The position numbers were made by a program, and so were the translations under genes. Of a stretch of DNA of 64,000 bases, positions 1 through 13,829 are shown piece after piece. Origin of the DNA: Octopus vulgaris. Lineage: Eukaryota. The stretch spans positions 73,470,001 through 73,534,000 of the forward strand of contig OX597833.1 in the NCBI GenBank assembly GCA_951406725.2. The letters run 5' to 3'. The notes under the pieces were generated by a model. It saw only the letters and a program-made list of their open reading frames with translations. It was not told the origin of the DNA and made no database searches. Each line of letters starts with the position of its first letter. Positions within the stretch are counted from its first letter, which is position 1.

Positions 1-287
1 GTATACGTGTATGCATGTGAGTGTATGTATATATATATGTGTATGTGTAGATATGTATATGTATGTGTATGTGTATATATATGTATATGTGTGTGTGTGT
101 ATGTATGCGTGTATGTATATATGTATGTATATGTGTGTGTATATATGCATACATATGTGTATAGGTATAAGTGAGAATCTCCTTATTTACCTAAAACTCT
201 ATTCTTTTTTATATTTTTTTTTTTTTTTTTTGTACTTGTTCCAGTCATTTGACTGCGGCCATGCTGGAGCACCGCCTTTAGAGTGGT

Positions 288-449
288 GAAAGAGTACAGC
301 AGGGATCACCACCACCCCCTGCCGGAGCCTCGTGGAGCTTTTAGGTGTTTTCGCTCAATAAACACACACAACGCCCGGTCTGGGAATCGAAACCGCGATC
401 CTCCGACCGCAAGTCCGCTGCCCTAACCACTGGGCCATTGCGCCTCCTT
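288..449 (-). mobile_element. tRNA-derived SINE (5' part)
   Basis: The reverse complement reads GGAGGCGCAATGGCCCAGTGGTTAGGGCAGCGG...GGTTTCGATTCCC (pol III A/B-box-like). A near-identical copy is on + at ~30782-31090. Confidence 0.75.
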
Positions 450-623
450 ATATATATATATATATTTTTTTTTTAATTTATTCTTTTATCTAATTTACCA
501 CTGACTCCTTGACCACTCCCCCAAGTATGATATTTTGAGCTATGCCTACCCCCAAAAAGTCCCCCACCACCACCCCTTTAAACCTGCCTAAATGTATAAA
601 TGCCAATACAATTCTTGTTAACT

Positions 624-674
624 AGCTTCCTGAAGATTTCTCTTGAATGAAACAGTTCTAGTCCTGTAGAAGCT
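624..674 (+). ncRNA. Type I hammerhead ribozyme motif in a PLE-like terminus ending at (AT)n
   Basis: AGCTTC-CTGAAGA-[T TTC tctt GAA T]-GAAA-CAG ttctagtc CTG-TA-GAAGCT: 6-bp helix I, intact core, helix III and a GUA cleavage triplet. Confidence 0.75.
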
Positions 675-757
675 CCTTCTATATAATAAATTAATTTTAC
701 TCTGCTATGTATTGAGTACCTTATTTACTGTGGTTAACCCCGAATCAACCCGGGACC

Positions 758-812
<55 letters not shown>

Positions 813-814
<2 letters not shown>

Positions 815-1852
815 CATTATTGGTGAATTGAAGAAATGGAGCTGAACGCAGATTGAACAGAAATCGTTTTATTTCATTCTACACGTGTTTCGAAAGGCAC
901 AAATTACCAAAATCCGATGGAATAATGGGACCATATTGTGTCTTTCTCTTCAGGAAGAAAATAGGAAATCCGTTGGAAAAACAAAAACAGAACAGAGGCG
1001 GAGCAAAAACAAATCGAACTATGCTCCTAAGAGCCCATGGCGAAACTGTTTATCAGTGTATGTTGAGAACCGGTGGCTGAAGAATTCAACGGGTCAGGCA
1101 TCGGTCAATCATGTGGGTGAGGGTGCGTAGATGTTCTTTGTGACCGAGAATAAAGTTCTGACTATTTAAGGAATATTGGATGTTTTATAAGGGGCGAGAA
1201 AAAATCTACTTAGAGACGTGTGTGTGTGTATACTGTTCTATATATGTGTGTGTTGGCGTAGGGGTAGAAAACATTTTTTGTGTACGTGTGTGCGTTTGAT
1301 CGTTCGGCTGTCAGTGGCTACTGCCGTGATAACCGTTGGGTGGCAGAAAAAAAAAAATATATATATCAAACGCACACACGTACACAAAAAATGTTTTCTA
1401 CCCCTACGCCAACACACACATATATAGAACAGTATACACACACACACGTCTCTAAGTAGATTTTTTCTCGCCCCTTATAAAACATCCAATATTCCTTAAA
1501 TAGTCAGAACTTTATTCTCGGTCACAAAGAACATCTACGCACCCTCACCCACATGATTGACCGATGCCTGACCCGTTGAATTCTTCAGCCACCGGTTCTC
1601 AACATACACTGATAAACAGTTTCGCCATGGGCTCTTAGGAGCATAGTTCGATTTGTTTTTGCTCCGCCTCTGTTCTGTTTTTGTTTTTCCAACGGATTTC
1701 CTATTTTCTTCCTGAAGAGAAAGACACAATATGGTCCCATTATTCCATCGGATTTTGGTAATTTGTGCCTTTCGAAACACGTGTAGAATGAAATAAAACG
1801 ATTTCTGTTCAATCTGCGTTCAGCTCCATTTCTTCAATTCACCAATAATGTT
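813..1852. repeat. Long inverted repeat: 488-bp arms (813-1300 / 1365-1852), 64-bp spacer, preceded by (TA)n; PLE-like head-to-head terminus
   Basis: The arms are reverse complements, with mirror ORFs giving identical translations (853..1080+/1585..1812- and 885..1130+/1535..1780-). The right arm continues to (TA)n at ~2005. Confidence 0.95.
1702..1795 (+). ncRNA. Minimal type I hammerhead ribozyme (mirror copy on - at 870-963)
   Basis: TATTTTCTTC-CTGAAGA-GAAAGACACAA...TTGTGCCTTTC-GAAA-CACGTG(palindrome)-TA-GAATGAAATA: helix I is 10 bp with one mismatch, helix II is long. Confidence 0.85.
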
Positions 1853-2002
1853 CTAATTTCAATTATCCGCACCAACGCACGGTTGCAACACCATATGGTT
1901 GTACCTCCAACCGTGCTGTTTTACTGCTGTGATTTTTGCTACTAAGGTATCGGTTAAACTTTTGATTAATCTACTACAAGATTATTCATCTTTCTATTTC
2001 AC

Positions 2003-2080
<78 letters not shown>

Positions 2081-2081
2081 G

Positions 2082-2115
<34 letters not shown>

Positions 2116-2134
2116 TGTATGTATGTATGTATAC

Positions 2135-2295
2135 ACGACGGGTTGCTTTCAGTTTCCGTCTACCAAATCTATTCACAAGGCTTTCGTCAGCCTGAGGCTC
2201 TAGTAGAAGACACATACCCAAGGTGCCACGCAATAGGACTGAACCTGGAACCACGTAGTTGGAAAGAAAGCTTCTTACCTCACAGCCACGCCTAT
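2135..2295 (-). mobile_element. SINE (family also at ~12325-12460+, 13455-13600+, 14570-14670-, 15820-15980-, 21720-21875-)
   Basis: Recurrent sequence CTTTCAGTTTCCGTCTACCAAAT...GAAGACACTTGCCCAAGG...CTTCTTACCACACAGC at several loci. Confidence 0.7.
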
Positions 2296-2299
2296 ATAA

Positions 2300-3220
2300 A
2301 CGTTCTAGGAAATGAATGCTTCCGTAAAAACATTGCCCACAGATGTAGTGTCTGAATTACGGCAAAGGTATTTGCACATGTAAGTGCAACAAGCGATTAC
2401 TTCAAACATTGTTACGGTAATTAAGTTGCATCATTTCATAACATCGACAAAAAGCACACCCCGTCCCTCACCGATCTGATTAGGAGTTCCAGAGATAAGA
2501 AAATAAATTATGATATATTCTGGACGGTGGTCAGAAATGGATATCCAATTCATGCAATCTTTGTTCTGAAGGGATACTGCGCAGTTTAATATGCAGAGGT
2601 GAACTTAATAACAGGCACTCTGAATTCGCCGTAAAATGTAACCACAGGATAAAATATTCTTCTAAGGAATTTGGAAAAATTGTTGAATATTGATCATTCC
2701 ATTAATTTGTTTGTTTAATTATACACGTGTAGGCATTTTATTCTGCAAACTCCTACTGGGTGTTTTTTTTTGTTGTGAAATTTTGCAATAACTTATACAC
2801 CTATAGTGCTTATGTACCTGTATCGGTATTCATGTAGGGTACGTATATATAATGTTTCTATTTGCCTCTTATTAATTATATGTGTATAGGATTTTTGCCG
2901 TAAAATTGTCCACCGAATGATGCATGTATGTCCATATCTATATTCCTGTTGGAGTACGAATATCTAATACATGTCTATATACATAATCTAACCGCATGGG
3001 CGGTTTTGATATAAATACTATATGTTTGTGTGCGTGTGTGCGGTTACGTATTTATGTGTGAGTATATGTCAACGTAAATGAGTTTAGCTGGCTGAAACTT
3101 CGAAGTTAAGGTCATAACTATTCTTATTGAAGAACAATAAATTTGTTCTCCACTGAATGTATTGAGTAATTCTTCAATTTGATGTAAATTGTTTTTCTTA
3201 TATCCTAAAAACAGACATTA
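2300..3220 (+). mobile_element. Decayed Penelope-like element 3' fragment (GIY-YIG endonuclease C-terminus and tail)
   Basis: Conceptual translation NECFRKNIAHRCSV..HVSATSDYFKHCYGN*VASFH..INYDIFWTVV..CNLC resembles the PLE GIY-YIG C-terminus. Confidence 0.55.
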
Positions 3221-3419
3221 ATATCTGTATACATATATACAGGATGTCCGTGCCAAATTTATCGATTGTTTATGCTTCCTTTTTTCGGGAACAGCTTGAT
3301 GTATTGGTAAACAGTCAACAGAGCTGAAGAGCATATAGATTAAAGTTGTAGATGAGAAAAAGTTAGCTGACATGAAGAACTTAAACCCATATGAATATTG
3401 GTAAAGAGCTACCTGTATC

Positions 3420-4000
3420 ATGAGGATTCGCGCTGAGTATCAAAATGCTGACATCATGACAGCTTCTTAATGCTATGCTTTATGAACACTGTAAAGGTCT
3501 TAAGATGGACATGGAAAGCTACAACGAACACTAGGAAACCGTTGCCAGCAGGAATGGACACATCAGGCATTCAAACAACCGCGGGACAAAGCCTTAAGCT
3601 CGATGCAAACAATAATGTGATGCTGCTGGAGAGGGTTGCTGCCGGAAAGCTCATATGTGTAGCAGCAGGATTTGATTCTTTGCCATATCTCAGCAAGGAG
3701 TCAGAAATGGTTGTCGGAGGATTTCTACGACTTTGCTAGCCCCAATTTCTTACCTCCTTATTCTTCCGATTGTAATTCCATGGATTATTATGTATGGGAC
3801 ATGGTTGAGACAGACACCAACCGTTTTGCCTGCAACGCCAAGGCCGAGCTGCTGGCCAAGATTTTGTGAAGTATTCGAACATCTTCCCATGAACACGGTG
3901 AAGAATGCATGCACCAGGTTCATGAACCGTCTTGAGGTTGTGATGGAAGCTAAGGATGGCCACTTTGCGTCAACTGTTATCTTCCAGCCATAACTTAGAT
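3420..4000 (+). mobile_element. Tc1/mariner-superfamily transposase fragment
   Basis: NFLPPYSSDCNSMDYYVWDMVE matches the WPPxSPDLNPxDY motif, followed by VKNACTRFMNRLEVVMEAKDGHF. Confidence 0.7.
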
Positions 4001-4058
4001 GACAGCCTTTTATTTATTTTTATTTTTGGGTGGGATATTATGTTTTCTCTTCCCTTTG

Positions 4059-5270
4059 CGATGGTATACTGAAAAGTTCATAAGCTAAGATATTCTCATG
4101 GAATGTAACCAAATGAGGTTTATTTGTCAACATAGACCTCCTTGTGGTCCACACACTTCTTCCGTTGCTTTAGCAGTGCTTGGATTTCATTGGTGAGGTT
4201 TTCGTCTTTTTGGTCAAAAAAGTCATCAACAGCAGTTATGACGTCAAGATTGCGATAATGGTTCCCAGCCGAGTGTTCTTTTAATCCTGGGGATCAGACA
4301 ATAAGTCAGATGGGGGCCAAATCATGAGAATAGAGAGCGTAATCAACCAGTTCAAAGCTACAGTCACACACAGCAGTCATTGAAACCAAGGACTTGTGCG
4401 CTGTAGCATTGTCTTGATTAAGCAAGAACCTCTTCATCAGTTTAGCCTTGACGGCCTTTCGTAATTGACAAAGTAAGTTTGTATAGTACTATCCTTTGAC
4501 GTAGTCAATAAATATAACGCCTTTTGCATCCTAGGACACTGATGCCGTCATCTCTTCAAATGAAACAACTTTGGCCTTCTTTAGAATAGGTGGGAAGGAG
4601 TGTTTCCACTGCATGGATTGTTTCTTTGTCTCTAACTCAAAGTGATGAACTCAACACTTAACCTGGTTTGGGAGACGTTCAATGAAACCAGTTGGAACTG
4701 CCCCCCAAAAAATGTCAGATTTTCCTGCAATACGATCAGCATGGTGCGTATTCGATCAGATGTCAGAAGATGTGGCACCCACAGAGCAGAAACCTTCGTC
4801 ATACCAAGTTCATTGTACAAAATATGCTCAACCCTCTCTCGGGATATTCTGGTAGCATTGGCATATAGTGAATCGCTTGTCACCCATAACCATGTGCTGA
4901 ACCAATCAATGCTTTCCTCGGTAGTTGCAGGACGTCCAGACATTGAACCATTTTCAAAACTTCCCCTCTTATATCTAGCTGCCCACTTTTGCCTTGTTGA
5001 TAAAGCTGGAAAGAAATCCGCTCATGTAGAAACCATGTCAGCATGAATGTACTTGGGGTCAGATCCTTTTTCTGAAAATACTTGGTAACACCATGATGCC
5101 AAATTTTGTCCATTTTCAAGAGAAGTCGCTTCTAGTTACTTTTGTCAGTTTACCTTGACAGAAACAATGGAGTTATTAATAAGAAGAGTTGAAATTCATG
5201 CATGCCAGATTTCGCAGTTTTAACATTATTCGTTCATAGTTAGCCTCTAAGCCATTTAGCCCACCCTCGT
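4059..5270 (-). mobile_element. Decayed mariner transposon (~1.2 kb)
   Basis: SGRP...ILYNELGMTKVSALWVPHLLT (WVPxxL motif) on -. The element ends in CCCTCG-TA and the ORF is frameshifted. Confidence 0.75.
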
Positions 5271-5401
5271 ATGCAAACTATCAAATTTAACCCGAACACT
5301 GTATGCTTATACATATATACAATATATACATGCACAAATGCTCGCGTGTGAAACATGTACACACGCAAGTACATACACACAAACATGCACATACTAATGC
5401 A

Positions 5402-5461
<60 letters not shown>

Positions 5462-5523
5462 TACATATGCCCATGTTTATATTATATGCATGTTTATCTT
5501 TCAGTGTGTATTTTATTTTTCAG

Positions 5524-5711
5524 TTATGTGTTCTTGAAAACTACCGGAACAATCCCTTCCACAACTTCCGCCATTGCTTCTGTGTGGCTCAAATGATGTA
5601 CGGGATGATACACTTATGTGGGTTATCCCAATATATGCCATTGGAAGATATCGGTATACTGCTGACAGCTGCCGTGTGTCATGATCTAGATCATCCGGGC
5701 TACAACAACAC
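5524..5711 (+). CDS. PDE9A: cGMP-specific phosphodiesterase 9-like, catalytic-domain exon
   Basis: cag|[26 protein letters not shown]...[15 protein letters not shown]|gtaagt, containing the PDEase HDxxHxGxxN signature. Confidence 0.92.
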
Positions 5712-6975
5712 GTAAGTCGACGAGGCGATACTGTTAATGGTTTTGCGTGGATTTTCATATCAGGGAGTTTTCAAAACAAAATGGTGTTATGGTGGTGTCA
5801 TGGCAATGTAGACATGAAACCAAGCTAGAAAGGTAAAACGGAAACTTCTTCTGTTTTGAGATGTTGTTTTTGTTGTTTAACTTTAGGTTAACTGCGAACC
5901 AGCAGATCTATAACCAACGGCGTTCCTATCATGACAATCCCAGCCTTGGAAACTACATTTTTCAAAGCGCCCTGTCTTAAGAAATAATTTGAGAGAGAAA
6001 GGGGAAGAAAGAGAGGAGCCAGAGAAAGAGAGATTTTGTTGCTATATCGCGTGTGCTCAGTGACCACTTCAATATCCAATCCAAGATTTAGGAAAGTCAC
6101 TTTGGAAAACGCCATCCTTCTAAAAGAACGAAAACCCACTGAAAGGTTGCATATTCTTTGCAAAGTTTTCCGGAAGCAATGATATTCTCATTCATACATT
6201 TTTCTTCAGCATATTTATCTTTGCTGTCCAGTACACCTCTATTCTTGTGTGGATATTGTTGCCTTCCAAATCAGACCAGACTGAACTGACCTATAGTCAA
6301 AATTCTTCCTCTCTCATCCATTCAGTATTTTATTTGTACTTAGTGCAGTCAGCGCCACATTATCTAGCATTTTCTTTCTCAATGTCCGTCTTAAAAATAG
6401 GAAGGTAATCCCACATTGGTTTGAATGAGATTTGGACACTATATCTGCCGGGAAGCGAGCAACCATGTAAAGATTCTCGTATGCCTTTAGCTTGTATTCC
6501 ATGTGTTTATGATGTTAGCAATCGTGTAACTCCACAAAACTATCAGTGAGCAAAGGATTGTTGCATCGATCACGCTGCTAAGCAAACAAGATTATTCGAA
6601 ACTGTCATTCCAATTGAACGAAGCATCCATCAGTTATGCAGTGACCCCACTGTTTCCAGTGGACCTGTGACTATTCATTGTGCTTCCTTACAGCTGACTA
6701 GATTCTGATTTCATATCACAAACTGGTTTTAAAGACATCCTACCTGGCAGTGAATTAGCTGAATCGTTAGAGCATCACACAAAATATCCATGGTGTTTGT
6801 TCTGACTCTGATCTCTGAGTTTAAATTTCGCTGAGGCCAACTTTACCTTTCATCCTTTAGGAGTCGATAAAAAAAGTGTTAATTAAGAGGTGTGAACGGG
6901 ACTGTGAGAAAGTCATACCAAATGAAACGTGGTGTTTGCACTCCTCTGACGGCTACTTAGTTGATATGTGTATAG

Positions 6976-7023
<48 letters not shown>

Positions 7024-7271
7024 AGTATAAAAAGCCGTCTAAATATCGTCCTAGTAACGGAGAAGTTTTGTCTCTCGTATTTACAATCAGTCCGTAAAAG
7101 ATGTTATCTCAGGACAAATACTATAGCAACTGGCCTATAATGTATATACATATTGTACAATATATAGATCTTTATATCTCTCTCTCTCTCTGTATATATA
7201 TACACATACACACACACCACACACACACACAAACACAAACACACAAACACACATATATATATATATATATA

Positions 7272-7382
<111 letters not shown>

Positions 7383-8248
7383 GTGCGTGTGTGTTACCAG
7401 TACGACATACTTAACATACTTGTGTTGTTAAACTGCCAGAAGCCGTGCTTTTTCATCCAAGAAAAATCCCTTTGTAGACGTATAGTTATAAAAACGCGAT
7501 ATACTTCAGAACTAAGCGAAGCGAAATCGCACCAGAGGTGATCACGAGAGTAGAAGATACGGTATTTCACTGTAGTTGCGGTTTATCAATGCTTCGCATT
7601 CGCGTTACCTCCGAGACGACGACGAAATCGTCTATTTGAAATATTTTCAGATAGTGTATAAACTATTTGCTGATTTACACTAGAGCTTCGTAAGTAGAAT
7701 AAATTCGGATTATGCAATAGAAGTAACTCTATAATAATTTCAAATTTTAGTACGAGAAGAGTGGTTTTTGAGGAATGGTGCAAGTCGATTACGTTGACCC
7801 CAGTTCTTAACCTGTACTTATTTTATAGACCGCGAAAGGATAAAAGGCAAAGTCAACTTCAGTGGAATTTGAACTCTGAACGTATAGACGGACTAAATGC
7901 CGCTAAACTGTTCTATAATGTAAATCATTTTCGTTCACCAAGCCTTGCTGCTTTACAACTAACTCATTTATTTCGGGGTCAAGAGACATAAATCTTGATA
8001 AATCAATTGCTCATTCGTTCCGCTTAACTTCGTTCCGTCGTTATTCACAACCCTCACAAACTGGATGACATTTTCGTATCTCCAATAACAGAGAGCTAAT
8101 TTTTCCACACCTACCATCTCCGGAGGGCACCTGGTTTTAGATACCTGCCCCGTTATTTAATATCCGAAACCGATTGATAAGATCGGTTAATTTATTAATA
8201 CTATATATTTAAATGTGTGTGTATTTTTGTATGTATGCATGCATGTAA

Positions 8249-8314
<66 letters not shown>

Positions 8315-8837
8315 TTTCAGTTCTTCAAAAGAGAGTTCATGTGCGTCGCTAACAAACCGACGAGACGTTTTGAGTTGAGAGTTCCCGGTTTCGTAAATAT
8401 GTAGTTGAGTTGGTGTGTTAGATGAACTGCCGATGCACACAGCCAACTTTGTACATCTGTTCATCTAAAGTATCTTTCGAATGTCTAACAGACCTTCACT
8501 GTGCCACTAATAGATTGGATTTGGAGAATCCGCGCCAATTTCTTTTGCTCTTTCTTCGAAAAACAGTATTTCTAGGTTTTTGTGTGAATCTGTAGATACA
8601 AATCCAGTGCACTTATGATAAGAACTTGTTGTTAGATTAATGTATGTATGTATGTATATGTGTATGTATGTATATATGTAGGTATGTATGTATGTACGCG
8701 TATGTATAGACAGACAGGTAGACAGATAGACAAATAGATAGACAGACAGACAAACAGACAGTCAGCCAGACAGACAGACAGATAGATAGAAAATTGTTCC
8801 TTATTGTTATAATTTTACTTTTATATTAATTTCTCAG

Positions 8838-8994
8838 ATACCAAATAAATGCCCGTACAGTTCTAGCTATCCGATATAACGATATTTCCCCATTGGAGAA
8901 CCATCATTGTGCTGTGGCGTTTCAGATACTTTCAAATCCTGAGTGTAATATCTTCGCCAATTGCGACAAGGAGAAGTTCAAACGCATCAGAGCG
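8838..8994 (+). CDS. PDE9A: PDE9-like exon
   Basis: cag|[31 protein letters not shown]...FKRIRA|gtacgt. The phase matches the preceding exon. Confidence 0.92.
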
Positions 8995-9050
8995 GTACGT
9001 ATATTTCGGCTGGTTTCGTATATCTTGCTCCAATACATACATACACACAT

Positions 9051-9128
<78 letters not shown>

Positions 9129-9226
9129 TCTTACCAAGCCTCCCAAAATTCATTACACACATTTTAACACTTACATGCATGCACGCACACATGTGGTAGA
9201 TAACTAGATAGATAGATAGATAGATT

Positions 9227-9312
<86 letters not shown>

Positions 9313-9322
9313 AATTAACATA

Positions 9323-9970
9323 ATGAGATAAAAAAAACAAGGTTGTAAATAGATTTCATAACATTTATCAAGAAAAGGTCTTACAGCTGTTTTGGGGTTA
9401 TTTTATATATCCCTTCATCAGAGACGGTGCGAGAAAATATTTGAGTATTAATTATTGTATTGAAATACAGAGGGAAGTAAGTGAATGAATATAGAACTGA
9501 GATACATAAGGATATTGTATTTGCAGTTCCATTATTGAAGTAGAATGGTGTATATAAATGGTGAAAATTTATTTTTTGGTGAAGAAATTTTCTTGTACCT
9601 GGTGCGTGAGTTCCAATCGTGGTTATATTTGGTCATTCCAAGCATAGAGCATTGTAAACAGTGTTGGTCGATCGAGAGGTTTTTTGGGGTTTTTTTTGGT
9701 GTAATTTCAATTGTGTTGGTAGTGTTAATGGATAGAGGCGGGAGAGATGTGTATGATGAGAAAAAGGAGATAGATCAAGTCAAAAACAGGAAGAGAGAAT
9801 GGGAGGAAAAAAAGAAGAAGCAAAAGGGAGTGGAACAAAAAGAAATGAAGAGAGGGAACGAAATGAGAGAGAGTGTGTTAACTAGTGGTCAGAATAAAGT
9901 GATAGGAAGAAGAGAGAGGTGAGGGGGAGTGTTAACTAGTGGTCAGAATAAAGTGATAGGAGGAAGGGAG
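9323..9970 (-). mobile_element. PLE-like terminal fragment with hammerhead motif (9377-9426, -), next to (GATA)n
   Basis: The reverse strand reads GTCT-CTGATGA-AGGGATATATAAAATAACCCC-AAAA-CAGCTG-TA-AGAC (G12 mutated). The tail is homologous to 18703-18770. Confidence 0.65.
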
Positions 9971-10055
9971 AGGTGGTGGTGGTGGTGGTGGTGGTGGTGT
10001 CGAATACTAATTCCGGACAATTAATGGCTGACTTCAAAGAAATTTCCATTTTCAG

Positions 10056-10169
10056 GGTATAACGATGTTGATTCTAGCGACTGATATGGCGAGACATGCT
10101 GAGATTATGGACAAATTTAATTCAATAGTTTCTGATTTCAACTTCGAAAACAAGGATCACTTGAATACG
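10056..10169 (+). CDS. PDE9A: PDE9-like exon
   Basis: cag|GITMLILATDMARHAEIMDKF...DHLNT|gtaaag, containing the ILATD motif. Confidence 0.92.
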
Positions 10170-10755
10170 GTAAAGTCTCCAATAGTCTAGCTTCACTTTC
10201 ACTTTCTTCTTTCTCTCTTTCTCTCCTTCTTTCTTTCTTCCTTTCTGCCTTTCTGCCTTTCTTTCTTTCTCTTTTGCATTTTAACAGTCGTTGTAGATGG
10301 TGGTAGTGATGATGGTGTGGATGGCAGTGGCAGCGATCCTGACATTGGTGATGAGGTGGTGGTGGTGGTGGTGGTGGTGGTGGTGGTGGTGGTGGTGGTG
10401 GTGGTAGCAGTAGAAGTAGGGATGTTAGTGTTACTGTTGTTGTTGGTGGTGATGGTGATGGTGGAAATGGTGATGGTGGTGGTAGTAGAGGTGGTGGTGG
10501 CATTAGGTTTGGTGATGGTGGTGTTGGTGGTGAAGATGCTAGTGGTAGTGGGGTGTTGGTGATGGTCATAGTGTTAACAGTGATGGTAAAGATGATGATG
10601 ATGGTGATGACGATGTGGTGATAATGGGTGGTGATGATGGGTGTTGATAATGAGGGTGGTGATGATGGGTGGGGAAGATAGGTGGGGATGGTGACAATAG
10701 TAGCGATGACGACGACGATGATGATGATGTTGTTATGATATCGATGTCGTTCCAG

Positions 10756-10989
10756 CTGAAGATGGTGCTCATCAAGTGTTGCGACATCTCCAACGAAGTG
10801 CGTCCAATGGAAGTGTCCGAGCCGTGGGTTGACTGTCTCCTGGAGGAGTACTTTAACCAGGCTGACCGGGAGAAGCTAGAAGGACTACCAGTGGCACCGT
10901 TCATGGACCGAGACAAGGTCACTAAACCTTCGGCTCAGATCGGCTTCATTAAGTTTGTCCTCTTACCCATGTTCCAGAGTGTAGCTAAG
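10756..10989 (+). CDS. PDE9A: PDE9-like exon
   Basis: cag|[78 protein letters not shown]|gtaagt. Confidence 0.93.
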
Positions 10990-12268
10990 GTAAGTTGTTG
11001 TTGTGTTGTTGCTAGTGGTGACGGTGGTGGTATGGTTGGAGTAAGGTTGTTGGTGTAAACGGTGTAAACGGCGGTGGTGGTGGTGGTGGTGGTGATTAGT
11101 ATTTTTGTTGTTGCTGTTGTTGTAAGAAGTGGTGTAGTGTAAGCAGCGGAAGTGATGCTAATGATAGTTTGAGTCATTTGATGAACGGTTAAAGATGGTT
11201 TTACCCATATTTATTTCCCTTTCTTTACTTTCATTGATTTTTTTTTGTCCCCTGGAATCATATAACTAATATTAATTTAATCCTTCGAGGCCTACCTTCC
11301 TTGGCGTTATTTGATCTTGTGTCTGGGATCCTGAGCCATTTGTGCCCAGCTCTGGCAGGGATTAGAAGCAAGACTTTAATAATGAGGTTTTCCCAGAGTT
11401 ATCATCCAGTAATATATTTACAAACTCAATGGTCTTAGACTGACCATTTATGCTATCTGGAATGTTTCTGGGCCCTCAATTTGAAGCATTAAATCGGCAT
11501 GTGCCAATGGTTTTTGCATTGTTTTTGCTGGCATTGTTTTGTAGTGCCACGACCCCTTTTTGCACCGCTCGAATCATTATCTGAATCATTTCTGCTGCAG
11601 CTGCCTTCATTTCCTTCACCGTCCGTCATCATCAGAAACATCTGGCTAATCCACATCATTTTAGGCGTCCAATTCATTAAATTCATCTAAAATGCTAAGC
11701 ACTTGGCTGAGAGTGTATAGCTTCTGACTCTTGCATTTTGATCCTGACTAACCCGGCTCATTTTCACACACTAGAAATATATCGTCAAAACAATCCGACT
11801 GGGCGCAGACATATTGCCTTACTTTGGGATGTGGCAGATGTTCCCATTGGTCGATCAAAACAGGGTCAAGACTTGCAGAATCAAACACATGCTGCACCCA
11901 ATAACCCTGTACCAGTAAAGCGGGGCAGGGTTACTGAATGTGCGCATTGCATTGCAACTATACCGGTGTTACGGGCTGAATAATGAATGATTTCAAATTT
12001 ATTTCGGAGGATGAATAATTGTTTCGAATTTATGTTAGAAAATAAACAAATTCAAAATAGAATATAAACATGATAAATTTTAAAATCCTAAATTTTAAAT
12101 TCTATTTTAATTCTTTTTAAGAAAATTTTAAATTCAAAAACTTTTATTGGAAAGAAATATTACAATTATTCTTTAAATTTTTAAATCTAAAAAAGACTCT
12201 TGGATGGAAAAATGGCAGAACGGTGAACTCGAACCATCTATGTAGAGCAACCGGACATTCGCGATGCA

Positions 12269-12325
<57 letters not shown>

Positions 12326-13083
12326 TGACTGTGGTTTGCTTCCGATCCACATAGTTCCGAGTTCAGTTCCACTGCGTGATACCTTTGGCAAACGTCTGCT
12401 ACTATAGTCTCGGACTGCGAAAACTCTTGCGAGTAGACGGAACTGAAAGAATCCCGTTGTATGTATGCATGTATGTATGTATGTATGTATGTATGTATGT
12501 ATGTATGTATGTATGTATTTATGTATGTATGTATGTATGCATGTATGTATGTATGTATGTATGTATGTATGTATGCATGTATGTATGTATGTATGTATGT
12601 ATGTATGCATGTATGCATGTATGTATGTATGCATGTATGTATGTATGCATGTATGTATGTATGTATGTATGTATGTATGTATGTATGTATGTATGCATGT
12701 ATGTACGTATGTATGCATGTATGTATGTATGCTTATACGTTGTGTTGTGCGAAGCAGCGTTAAATAAAACATATCCATATGAAATCGTAATTTCATATTC
12801 AACACGTTCGATTACACTCGGACATGAGAAGACCGTCAGGTGCAAAGATAATCCCCGAGTCAGCTCCAAGATATGTGTGAAAACATAAGTTAGGCTGTGA
12901 ATTACGTCACACATGTCGAAGAAAATTTGCTCTCCACAGTGGAAGGTCTTCTCACGTCCGAGTGCAATTGAACGTATTGAGATGTCTTTACGTGTGTGCG
13001 CGCGCGCGTATTGATTCGAAATCAGATTTTGAATTAAAATAAACACTTTATAAAATGATTTTTTACAATTTTTATTTTCACAG

Positions 13084-13177
13084 CTTTTTCCTAAAATTGA
13101 ATCGTCCATGGTAGTACAGTTACAGGGAGCACTAGAACGGTACGAGGAGATGAAATTACACGATGATGCTCGTAAAA
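13084..13177 (+). CDS. PDE9A: PDE9-like exon (end of catalytic domain)
   Basis: cag|LFPKIESSMVVQLQGALERYEEMKLHDDARK|gtaagt resembles the PDE9 segment LFP...RYEELK..DD. Confidence 0.8.
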
Positions 13178-13829
13178 GTAAGTGTCACAACAGAAGGGCA
13201 ACACATTGATGTAAACTAAATCGACTTTTCGAAGTATATTGCATATTAAACTGCCTCGACAAAATGAGTCGATAAAATAAGTACCAGGCAGAAATATATA
13301 CTAGGACCATATGATCGATCCTTGAAATCGGTGCTCCAGTTTGGTCGCAACCAAATTAGTATTTACAGTGAAAGAGTATAAGAAGGTTTACGCCAGCGAC
13401 ATTCAGTAAGAATTTATGTGAAAGACAGAAAATCGTTGGAAAAGATATAAGATTGTGGCGCAGAGGTCCTCTTCATAACAATGTGATTTTGAGTTCGAAC
13501 CCACAGATAACACCTTAGGAGAGTTTCTTCTATGATCTTGTGTCAACCAAAGCCCTGCATCTAGAATTTAGAGGACGGAAACTGTGTGGAAATACATCGG
13601 GCTGACTGTTGTTGCTCATGGGATTTTGGTTCGTTTATTGTCCATGTGTTACATTAGAATCCATTTGTCGCACTAGAATTACTTCTTCCTATTCTTTCCC
13701 GTTATATAAGCGTGTAAGTGCGTGTATTTGTATGTGTGTGTATCAACCGTGTGTATAAACGTAAACAAATATTTGGTATTTTATCTGAAGCGTCGAAATG
13801 TGTATTGTACGATACAAATACGATGATAG

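Noticed and set aside
288-449. tRNA gene
   Set aside because: The tRNA-like head continues into a repeated SINE body that recurs at 30782.
3080-3120. Expected HHR in the tail of the PLE fragment at 2300-3220
   Set aside because: Only scattered remnants (CTG..CGAAG..GTC) remain; too degenerate to call.
10138-10922. Pro/Val/His-rich ORFs
   Set aside because: These are (GGT/GAT)n intronic low-complexity sequence; only 10756-10989 is a real exon.
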